DNA from: Pelomyxa schiedti
Lineage: Eukaryota; Protista; Evosea
Length of the DNA: 57,526 nt
Direction: 5' to 3'
Assembly: GCA_020536535.1 (NCBI GenBank)
Contig: JAHLWZ010000893.1
Span: 1-57,526 of the forward strand
The position numbers and the translations under genes were made by a program. Below the pieces are notes generated by a model, which saw only the letters and a list, made by a program, of their open reading frames with translations, did not search any database and was not told the DNA's origin. This document shows positions 13,201 to 27,269 of the stretch, one piece after another (position 1 is the stretch's first letter; each line of letters opens with the position of its first letter).

Positions 13201-14019
13201 AAGGCTCCCAAGTCCTGGAAAATAACCCCCAAAGAAGCCCCTCCTTCTCTTTCTGAGATTCAACAGGAAGAACTCGTCAGAAAAGCTGCTGTTGAATTGC
13301 ATTCTAATAACACGTCACCAGTGCAACCACAGCAATCTACTCGCCAACAACCCCAAGTACAAGTAAGCAAGAGAACAGCACCACTTTCGCAGCACACAAC
13401 CCCAAGTATTACAGCGTGGTCTTCTACAAATCAAAATCAACAACCCACAAGAGAGTGTGTTAGCACTTCTTTTTCATTCACTCAAACTTACTTTGAAGCA
13501 GGGAGTTTTCCCCTGCACTTGGAAAAGGTATGAAACCAGTAGAGAAGTCAGTTAATGGTATGGTAGTTCTTTCAAAATACCCTCTAATTGCCTTCAAAGA
13601 CGCTGTACAACTCGCACCCCCTGGAGGAGAAGTGATTGACTGGATTCACAAGTGGCTTTCTACTGTCAGCCCAGGGACAGGTAACCCTAAGCTCACTCCT
13701 TTGATACGCAATTAACCACTTCAAAGATTTCTCGCACTTGGTACATACCTTGTCTACAGTTGGATCGCCTTCCGAAGTGCGCTACCACGTGGACACCTAC
13801 TTGGGCTCTCTTCCGGGTGGTGTTGCACACGAGTTTAGTGACAAGTACCTGCAAAAGCTACAAGAGCAACAGCAAGGTGACAAAAAAGCCAAGAAGCCCA
13901 AAGCACAACAGGGCCCACAGAAGCCAAAGAGAGGAGGAAACAGAACCCTGGTGACGGACCCCTCCCTTCTTGGATTCAAATACCCCAAGCACACCGCCGT
14001 GAGTTCTGGCAACTTGTAG
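10223..14019 (+). CDS. GIGYF/Smy2-like protein with E/R coiled coil and polyQ tract, multi-exon
   Basis: N-terminal QYTRDQLEAM resembles a 4E/4EHP-binding motif. A long ERE coiled coil and polyQ follow, then PPSLSEIQQEE. The C-terminus IDWIHKWL...DFSHLVHTLSTVGSPSEVRYHVDTYLG...EFSDKYLQK resembles the GIGYF C-terminal domain. Confidence 0.55.
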
Positions 14020-14113
14020 TAGAACAGGAAAAAAAAAAGAAGCAAAAGGGCTTTGGCTTTTGAATTTCTTGCTATTTCTCTTGAAAGTGTGTTTGTTGTA
14101 CACAGAAAAAGAC

Positions 14114-14781
14114 CTAAAGCTGAATGAGGCTGTGGAATGGAATTCCAGTAGGGAGCCTGGCCTTGCCGTTGAGCTCGGCCAGCTCAATTATGCAAACTAC
14201 TTCTGATACTACAGCGTGGCAGGAGAGTACTAGCTCGCAGGCAGCTTTGGCAGTCCCGCCGGTGGCCATCAGGTCATCAACAATAAGTACCCTTGAGCCA
14301 GGTGTGAAAGCATCAGCCTGCACCTGTATAATATCTTTGCCGTACTCCTTCCCATACTCCACCTGGACCACAGTTCCAGGAAGCTTCCCTATCCCCAACG
14401 GTTAGTTTTCCGGAAATAACGATAACAGCATGAGTGAAAACAAAATTAAAGCTACAACAGTGCGTAGACAGGGAAACACAAACCTGGCTTTCTTAGAGGA
14501 ACAAAAGGAAGGCCCAGGTCGCAGGCAAGCGGGCAAGCGAAGTAGAAACCCCTGGACTCGAGTCCCGCGATGGCGTCGACTCTGCCGCGGTAGCGGTCGG
14601 CCAGCAGCTTCATGATCTCGGACCGCGCCTCGTGGTGCGCCATCACCGGGCATATGTCGACAAAGTTGATCCCGGGCTTGGGGAAGTCGCGGAAGTACCG
14701 AAGCACCCTCGCCGCCACAAGGGTAGACGCCGTGGGCGCCACGTCCGCGACGGTCGTTGCTGGTGGTGTCGTGCTCGTCAT
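14114..14781 (-). CDS. APRT: Adenine phosphoribosyltransferase, 1 intron
   Basis: DFPKPGINFVDI, GLESRGF, PLRKP|GKLPG, VEYGKEYG and the PRPP-binding motif VLIVDDLMATGGT. Confidence 0.96.
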
Positions 14782-15168
14782 TGGTTCCCTCTGCTTTTTG
14801 CTTTGTTTTTTTTTTTTTTTTTTTTTGGTTTCTCCTGTTTTTCGTTGGGTTCCTTCAAAAAGGCGAAGAACTCAGTTTTTACTGAACATTGATTCTGAGA
14901 AGGGTTACAACTACAAGCAAGCAACCACCCCACGGCAAAGCAAAGGACTACGTGGATTCCGCAAAAGAAGAAAAAAGGCTGGGCCACAGAGTTAGATGTG
15001 AAGCCTTCAAAGGAAGGACAAAGGATTTAATAATAAAATCAAAAAAAAAAAAGAATGGTAGGAATAGTACAGAACCAAACACTGTTTCCGCCTTGGCTTA
15101 TGAATGGGAAAAATGTGGTCATTACAATCACGGGCTACCTAGCTCGGGTGGCCGAGGGGCACCTTTTT

Positions 15169-17054
<1,886 letters not shown>

Positions 17055-17526
17055 TTACCGCCACCGACCCCGATTGTGTACTGCGAGTGACGTGACTGAA
17101 GATCTCTGCTCTGCTTGACTTTGTTTTATTAGCGGTGAATGACACCCGGGTGGCAATTGTGTACGATTTTGTTTGCAGGGAAGTGATGCCAAACCTTTGA
17201 CACAAGAACTTTGCGGTCTTGGGGACTCGGAGATCGCACGCGGCCGATGGACAATGACGGCTAGTGACTTACTTTTTGATTACCAGAAGAAAGTCTTTTT
17301 TTTTTTTGTTTTCGTTGGATTCCGTGGAAGGAAAAAATCTTTGTTGTTTGGTTGTTTGGGACGAGGATGAAAACTGTTAAACAAGTTAAAGTTCTCTATG
17401 TGAACAACTTCGTTTGTATTCAGGGAAAAGAGCTCTTTTTCTCTTTAGAGGGTCCTGCACGGAAGATACAGAAAAAAAGACACGGAAGAAGCCCACAGAT
17501 GCGCCTTGGGGTCTTGGGGAGAGGTC

Positions 17527-18977
17527 TCACATGTCGTCGTCATCGCCGTCATCATCGTCATCATCGGGATCATCATTCCCGTGTTCTAGAAGCCAGTTGG
17601 CGGCGTATTCTTCGTTCTTCTCACATGTGAAGTATGCTTGCGCAGCTTTATTCTCGGTGAAGCCAAGGCCAACAAGCTGTGGAATTGTGAATTTTGGGTG
17701 AGGAAATTGTATAGCATACCCGGTTTATTGCAGCCATGTCTTCTGCAGTGATAGGTCTGCGAAGAGTTATTCTGAGTTATTCTTAGTGGCATTCATACAA
17801 TTCTGGACCCAGGTCCACGTCATCATCTTCTCCAACATCCTCCCCGTCATCTTCCTCACCATCACCTTCACCATCATCTTCTTCTTCCTCACTTGCATCA
17901 TCATCCACTGCAGTCCAGGCTTGATGACCACGACCAACACCGCCAGTCCCACGGCCATGACCACCTATTGGTCGTTTAAAAATAAAAACTAGCAATCCAT
18001 ATAAGCTCATACCTCGGGCAGCATTAAACATGGCAAATGGTACACCTTGCATTCCCAGCCCAGCTGTTGGCATTACGGGTGGTCTTTCGGCAGGTGTAAC
18101 TGGAACCAGGTGTGGGGCTTCGTTAGGGAGACCCTGAGTTTCAGGTATCCCCTGTTGTGTTTTGTTGGGATTACTTGAGAACAAGGCAAGGGCTTACATT
18201 GAAGAGGTACTCAACAGCGCGATCGGGATTGTTAAAAGCGGCCCTAAGAGCTCTTAGCACTTCATCTCTAACAAATCCCATATCACAAATTCGTTGTATT
18301 GTTGCTTCATATTCCGATCCCGTGACCAAAATGTTGTCAGCTCTATAGAGGTGTCAAATAAAGAAATTAAGGAAGAGACTAACATACGGTGCAGACGCTG
18401 GTGTAAGTGCAGTGGGAGGTGGGGGTCTTGCCACTGGTGCTGCTGTGGCTGGTGTGGGTGTAGGAGTTGGAGTTGGAGTGAGAGTTGCATTAGGGGCTGT
18501 GGGAGTTGGTGCTGCTGTAGTGAGTGCTGGTGTAACAGCAGCAGTGGTGGGTGTTGCCTTTGGGGGCGTTGCTTCGTTTGTGGGCTGGTTGTTTTTGGTT
18601 GTCGAGTTAGGAGAAAACCCAGTAGTCAATAAAACGAAAAGAATACTACCTTCTTTATCATAAGAACGAGGAAGCAGTTCTCCTGCACTCCGACGGAGCT
18701 CAGAGTGGATGCATCCTCGAGAACCTTACCAGTGAAAATCAATTTTTGGTGTGCCGGAGGTGTCCCATTTTGTTTCTCGATGAGTTCTTTAAGCTGCAGA
18801 ACCTGCTCACGTCCGTCACCACCATTTCTCGAGGGAAAAAAAAAAAAGACAGCAACTACGAAAAAAAAGCACACGGCACCTAGAACTACTACCATGATAG
18901 AAACAACATACGGTGTTGGTCGGTTCTACGGCGAGTTCGTACACCTGCTTGGAGAGCGTCTTGATCAAGATCTTCAT
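17527..18977 (-). CDS. RAD23: RAD23-like ubiquitin shuttle (UBL-UBA1-acidic linker-UBA2)
   Basis: UBL: MKILIKTL...[15 protein letters not shown]1: [19 protein letters not shown]...[19 protein letters not shown]2: AINR|LVGLGF...[21 protein letters not shown]. Confidence 0.92.
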
Positions 18978-19119
18978 CAAATAGATTTGTTCCAATAATG
19001 AAACTGGGAGGCAATTGCTCCGGCAAACTAATTAGATCTTCAAAGATAAGAGATAGGTTCGTAGGCGGGATAAAAAGACAAATAGAAATAGAATGGGTGC
19101 ATTTCTTGCAGTGTGTTTA

Positions 19120-19784
19120 TTACATGGAGATATCAGCAAATGTGAGCACGTTCGAGAGGTTGTACTTTTCCCTAAAACGAGGTGCACTTGTTGCTCTCAC
19201 AACAACAACCACCGTTGTTCCTCTGAGGGCCAATTGGGCCAGGCTTGTGAAGATTCGGGTAACCATTGGCTCCAAGCCAATCCCCTCTCTCAATTCCAGA
19301 GGCCCAACTTCGTCCAGAATCAGGTAATCCAGAGGAGGGACTGCACCAGAAGAAGCCACCGGGAATGCCGCCCTCTCTATCTCCCCCCTTGCCCACTCAA
19401 ACACAGCATTGTCAAATACGTAATTGCAGATAGAGCACACACTCAGCCCATCCCGTTTGGCTTCTTCCATATCCCTTATCTATCATTCATTGTGTTGTTC
19501 ACATTGGAGCCATGACAACCAACCAACCAAACCCCAATATCCCACACCAATACAACTGAAAAATGTGTACATATAGAAACCAAGAAAACGCACAACACAC
19601 ATACCTGCAACTTTTTCACTTCCCCAGTGGCGATTGATGTCAGGTGCCTGAGGCCATCAATATCGGGACCAGCCAAAATTCCCGCAGCAGATTTGCCGGC
19701 AGCCCTCAGTCGCTCCAGCCACTGCCTAACTTGGGTAGTTTTCCCGCTGTGCACGTCCCCAGACAACAACGCAACAGCCGCCAT
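19120..19784 (-). CDS. THEP1/NTPase_1-family P-loop NTPase (bacterial-like), 1 intron
   Basis: Walker A SGDVHSGKTT, then AAGILA, YVFDNAVFEWA, Walker B YLILDEVGPLEL and VVVVVR. Confidence 0.8.
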
Positions 19785-19999
19785 CAATGTTCCGTGATGA
19801 TGATCAGATCCACAACTCACCGCGAGCGACTTTGTGCTTGGTTTTTATTTTTCTTTTTTGGCGAATTCTCTCCCTCTTTTCCGTCGGTTCCACCAGAACA
19901 GACGAAAAACGAAAAAAAGAAAAACGATCAGCGCAAGAAAAAAAAGAACCAAAAACCCTCTTTGTTCAAAACACCATCATCGAGCCCTTGTTGTTGTCC

Positions 20000-21806
20000 A
20001 TGTCACGATCGCCAGTTTCACAACCGCAACACGGCCACGTGGTTGCCCAGCAACAACAACCGCAGGCTCCTGGCATCCCATCATCGGCGTACACCGTTGT
20101 CATGCAGCAGCAACTACAACACCACCCGCAACCTCAATCACAGCCACAGCCACAACCTCAGCAGATGCAGCAACAAATTCAGCAAATTCAGCAGCAGCAA
20201 ATGCAACAGCAGCAGAATCAACAGAACCAAATTCACCAGCCACAGATAATGCAACAACAACAGCCTGTTGTGCAACATCAACAAACTCAGAGGATGGATG
20301 AAGCTGGGTTCGTTTTTTTGTGCTACAATTGCAGACATCCCTGTTATAGAACACCTGTAAAAAGAACCAAGAAGAAGACTGATGTATGGACTCTCTCTTG
20401 AAAGGATATTTTTAAAAAACAATTCCGCTCTAGGTACCTACTAGTAGTAAGGTGGCTGTAAAGTGCCTATGTACAGGTCATTTGGCAAATCCTTGCCGTG
20501 GTATGTGGAACGTTTGAGAGTAGGCAGTGATTTAAGAAAGTAATATTAGTTTTTGAAGTTCAAGTCCAAGTACTAAAATGTCTTTAACCTAAACATTTGA
20601 AGCTTGTGTCGATTGCAGCCCTCTAGGACATCAACTTTGTCAGTGCAAGACGCAGTTACGTGAGGGGCGTACCAGCTGTCCTGCTTGCAATATGCCTTTT
20701 TGTACAACCTGCCCGTGTGTTTCAGATATTTTGAACAGTATTTGGTACAATCCTGTCTAACAGTTTAAAGGAGGTGTGTATGTAAGTGCGACACTGAAAC
20801 ACAAGGCAGGAGTCATGAGTGGTGGGACTTTAATAAGTCCTCAACACTGTCATACGAGCAGCAGTCAGCTGAGAAGCGGACTCAAGCTGCTCACAGGGAG
20901 TCGTCAGAGCCAGCACTAAGTAAAACACAATCTCTTGAACTAAGCAAATTAATATCTACACAATCTGTCACGATAAACGCCCTTATGCAAGCTTATCAAA
21001 AAAACCAAGAAAGTATGTTCTCTTATGCTTCTGCCTCCACTTATGCTATGTAGCTACAGGTAGCAATTCTCCAGTACAATCCATGCCACCCACTCTCGGT
21101 GACTATTCTAAATAATACTCCTCCGCATTCAATTTCGAAATAACAGGCTATCCCACATGTGTGTCACCCATTGTTGAGCCATCACCAAAGAGATCGCGTA
21201 CTAGTTATGCTGTTGTTCCTGAGGACCCTTCAGCATTCCTTCCAGAATTCAAGCGTAAGTTCTTTTGTCCCTTAATTCATTCCTTTATTAATCAATCCTT
21301 CAGAGTTTATATCAACCTCTCTGCTTCCAGTATGTGGATCTGAGGCAGAACCATTGGCTCTGGTAATGTTTGATGTGTTGCAAGCATATGAGCAAGCAAA
21401 ACTACTTAAACGCTCCCCTCAAGAGCTTCACACTTCACTTCTTTTCATCATGGCCAAGTACTACGAACTTTCCGGTATGGCTTCTGCCCTAAAAACAGTC
21501 CCTACTACACCGCGTAACACTTACTTCCACACAGGTAAAGCACTCGCCAAACTTGGGCATGCACAAGCACACGGAACACCCCAGTGGAACCCGAATTCCA
21601 ACCAATGTTACACCCCCCAACACGCACAGCCACAGTCCCCGGCCACACACTCGCCATCACGCTCCCCTACCGACTATGACCTACCGAGTCCACAACAGCA
21701 GACCTCGGCTTCGAATGCCCCAACAACAAGCGCAACAACCAGCACGACCCCCACACAACCATCAGCACACAACCTCACTCCAAGTTCATCAGAAGAACGC
21801 TCCTGA
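20000..21806 (+). CDS. Hypothetical polyQ protein with a Cys-rich (putative Zn-binding) region, multi-exon
   Basis: ATG at 20000 followed by a Q/P-rich tract. Spliced exons give KCLCTGHLANPCR|ACVDC...CQC...CPACNMPFCTTC. The tail is S/T/P-rich and ends at TGA 21806. Confidence 0.55.
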
Positions 21807-21897
21807 TTCTGATCCCTATCCTATCCCCTCTATGTAACTGCTTACACACCCTACTTGGTGCAACAAGAAAAGCGAAACAATTTTTTTTCCCAAAACA

Positions 21898-22640
21898 ATG
21901 AGTGACGACGGGGAAGGGGCGTTGCGTGTTCGTCGTCTGTCGGAAAATGCCACATTGCCTATGAGAGCGACTCCAAATGCGTGTGGTTACGACCTATATA
22001 GGTTAATTGCCCGTTAAATGGTTTTGTGGCAGGAGTGGAAGAGACTTTTTTTTTATTATTGTAGAGGCTGTGTTTGTTTTTCCTCTTCTGCTATTGGTGT
22101 ACTGCAAGAATAGGAGAGTTTTATTTATTTGTTTTACTTTTTTTTTTTTAGTGCTGCACCCATTGTGATACCAGCGATGGGGAGAGTACTGGTGCCCACT
22201 GATATTGCTGTTGCTATTCCATCTGGCCACTATGGGCGAATAGGTTTTGTGGCATTCCACTATCTGGGGCTATTGAGTAACGCAATTGGAAATGTAACAT
22301 ACCACTGCAGCGCCACGATCTTCACTTGCTCTTAACCATGGCATTGATGTTGGAGCTGGTGTAATTGATTCCGGTAGGTTTATGTTATCACATTTGACAA
22401 CAAACAACATTAGATTATAGAGGCCATGTGCAAGTTCTGTTATTCAATTTCGCACAGGCACCTTTCCAAGGTTTGAGAGACATATCCCATTCTAAACTCT
22501 AAATCGAAACAGTAGCAAAAGGTGACCGCATAGCACAGCTAATAATAGAGAAGATATCCACACCTCCCATCATTGAAGTTGAATCTTTGGATGGCACTCT
22601 TCGTGGTGATGGTGGGTTTGGCTCCACCGGTCGCTCCTGA
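21898..22640 (+). CDS. DUT: dUTP pyrophosphatase (trimeric dUTPase), 4 introns
   Basis: All five motifs are present after splicing: CGYDL, GRI|APRSS, AGVIDS|DYRG, GDRIAQL and [10 protein letters not shown]. Confidence 0.96.
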
Positions 22641-24271
22641 ACTATGAGAAAAACGTTTGGCTAGTGGAAGTTCCTTTGAATTATCACCTGAAGTCAAACA
22701 GCCCATTACATTTGTCGAACCAAGCCAATCAGAGGGTGCGATTTCTGCTTCAGCTGGCTATGTCAATGCAAGCCAAACAAACACAAACAAGTCCTCCTAC
22801 TTGAGCTCGCGAACGGTTTTGCGTGATGATGGTCGTGAACCTTGATGGACACATTGGCAACTGCTTTTCCGAGTAATTATTTCCCGTGCCAACGGAAAAA
22901 CCACGCCGAACGACGATGATTACAACAACGGGCGATTGTGCCGTGGGTGTGTCTTGTCCCTTGTCCCTTGTCCCGTATGCTGCAACGTACGCGTACACTT
23001 ATGGCCACCGCACGTGCGACGGGAAACCCTTCTGGCCACAATTGGGGTGGGAGACAACCGCGACGTTGTTGAGGGAGTTTGACGTGAAACCGAGGGCGCA
23101 CCGATCTCGGCCGAGGCGATGCGGGGGCACGGCGCGGTGTGTCCCACAATTCCGAGGTGCATCGCGAGACAGTGGCTGGGTGCGAGGCGACGCATTAGCC
23201 AGCCACATGCAACAACGCCGCCCCCCCAAGTGACGATGCACGCACGGTCCCACAATTGACTTTGACTGTGTGGCGAGCAGAGCGGGCGGCGGTCTCCAGG
23301 GCACTGCATGCACACCGAAACACACGGGCTCTGTCTGAACGTCGTTTGGACACCGGACGGAACATTGATGGACGATGAATTCTTTTTTGATGATCAAGAT
23401 CTACTCCGCGGTCTTCCTTTGGAGCGTTATCTCCGAGTCTGACGGAAGTGGAAGCCCAACCAGTATGCGGTGATTTGCGAGTGTAAGTCTCAGAGTCTAT
23501 TCAATTGTACTCCCAACTGGGCGGAGCAACTGTAACAGTTGCCGTTTTGGCAGGCGTCGCCGTGTCCTTTTCGCAGTATTTATCCCTCCCTCAGATTATT
23601 CTAACCAAAAATCTTAACAAAACCAAAACCAAAACCAACCAAAGTGACACGCACGCGAGCGACGGCGACTGTGCCGAAACGCGAACCCGATATCGCTCCT
23701 CGGTGCACATGTGAACAGGTACACATACCGATCTCTCGTGTGTTTTTCCCCCCACCCCTTTCGTTGTTTTCTACGTGTTGTTGTTCACCCACGTGTGTTG
23801 GTGTCGCTAACTCGAATCTTTCGCCGCAGGACCCGGTGACTCCCGATGATGGGACCGTGCACGCCGCGAGGACGGAACAACACCGTCATGGTGATCACGC
23901 TGCCACGAAGACATCTGCCTTCAAGAACTCCAATCACACCCACAGGCAACAACAATCAACACATCATCCACTGCCACACAGCCACCTTTGCTTCCCCATC
24001 CCAGCACAACAACAATAACCAACAGCCACCACGTTTCTGTAACACAAAAATATTTACCCCCACACCGGGCAATCAATTTAACACGAAACCCCTGGGATTT
24101 CATCTAATCAGAGTACACAAAAACCGCCACTGCAAGAAGGTGAGCCACAGGGTCTTTCGCCAGCACTGAAATCGCAGCGCCACCCTCACTCATCCCATAA
24201 TCCGACCGACTTCTAAAAGGCAGCAAACGCAAAGTATTATAATAGAATACCCAAGCAAGCAAGCAACTTTT

Positions 24272-24705
24272 ACTTCGACTTTGTGGAGTGCTTTGCTGGG
24301 TGGCGCCCAGGCCCCCAACCACTCCACAAAGTGAACAGCTTGGAATTGGAAATATCACGCAAAAAAAGGCATGTTTTTTCCCTTCACTTGGCTTTTGCAC
24401 TTACTTTTTTTTCCCCAATATAGAGGTAGAGGAACTTTGACTTCGACTTTGTGGAGTGCTTTGCTGGGTGGCGCCCAGGCCCCCAACCACTCCACAAAGT
24501 GAACAGCTTGGAATTGGAAATGGAAATATCAGGCATGTTTTTTTCCCTTCACTTGGCTTTTGTACTTACTTTTTTCCCAATATAGAGGAACTTCGACTTT
24601 GTGGAGTGCTTTGCTGGGTGGCGCCCATGCCCCCAACCACTCCACAAAGTGAACAGCTTGGAATTGGAAATATCACGCAAAAAAAGGCATGTTTTTTCCC
24701 TTCAC
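24272..24705. repeat. Three tandem copies (periods 168 and 150 bp) of a unit containing a 13-bp perfect inverted repeat
   Basis: Copies start at 24272, 24440 and 24590. Each has ACTTTGTGGAGTG-(29 nt)-CACTCCACAAAGT followed by GAACAGCTTGGAATTGGAAAT and a T tract. Confidence 0.95.
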
Positions 24706-25639
24706 GTAATAAACTTTCTTCTCCACGAAAAATCTAACCAAACCCCCGAGTCAGAGGAGGATTATTGGGATTTTTGGATAATATTGGGTGTATATTTCCC
24801 TATTTTTCGTCCTTGTTGTTGTTATAACCCTCACAACCTTTACTCTTCTCCCAGTTTCTCCCGCTTCTCCCCTCATTCCCCTTCTCCCCTTTTTCATACC
24901 CACAAGCTAGCTACTATTAATACATGACAAGGATTTTATTATTCACCACTCTCCCTTCTCATACATACTTGTGGTATACCTTTTTTGTGGAAACAACCAT
25001 ACCGCGTAGCACTGCCTCATGCAAGATATGACTTGTTTAACATCGGACTGAGGTACAAAACCCTCACCCTTGTTGCACAACACTCACTTTAACTCTCAGG
25101 ACTGCCTTGTTTACCACGCCAAATGCCCGACCGCCCCTGGCACCGACGGAGTTAGCTCCGTAACCACGCACTGACTGACTGTACTGCTCTGTGATACCCT
25201 GTGCTGCACTCTACGGGCACACCTACCTGTGAACGGACGAAAGGCACGCAAGTCCGTAATTATCCCATTACTCACCACACCAACCCTCCACAGCCAAGAA
25301 GAAGCTCTCTGCAGTCATAACACGGCAGTTTCAACACTACAAGTCACACCAATAAGAGGCCAAATCCAAAATTTTTTCCACGCACAGTTGCAGTTTTTTC
25401 TTTATGCCCACTCGATTGGTGCGCGTTTGTAGCCGACGCTCCCACAATAAGCCATTTGTAACTGAGCCACTTTCGTCTGAGTACAGCTGGCGTGGGGGGA
25501 CCACGCATCTGTCCCATATTGGTACTGCGTATTGAGTGGCCACAATAGGTTTCATTATGGCAACGAAATGTGTTTTTTGATTATTCAAGATACTACAAGG
25601 TGATGGTGGGAAAGGAATGTTTTGTGGTGGGTGTTTTAT

Positions 25640-26983
<1,344 letters not shown>

Positions 26984-27269
26984 TTATTGTCGCTTGTTGC
27001 TTCTTTGTTTGTTTTTTCTTGTTTGTGCTTGTCGCTTGTTATTTCTTTTTTCCTTGATTGCGACGAACTTGAAAACGACTGGATAATTAGCACAACTGGT
27101 TTCAAGTGGCCAAGTCGGCACTCACATACTGGAATCAGAAAGGCACCCCTTAACAGGAGCCGACTGTTAGTGCTTCTGGCTGAAATTGAGGGAGTGGAGT
27201 AGCTATGAATGAGAGATTTTGAACAGTATTTTGTTGATTTTTGGCCCTGCCAAAGCCATTGATAGAAAT

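Noticed and set aside
24272-24705. CRISPR array
   Set aside because: The inter-hairpin sequences are near-identical rather than unique spacers, the units are 150-168 bp, there are no cas genes, and the context is eukaryotic.
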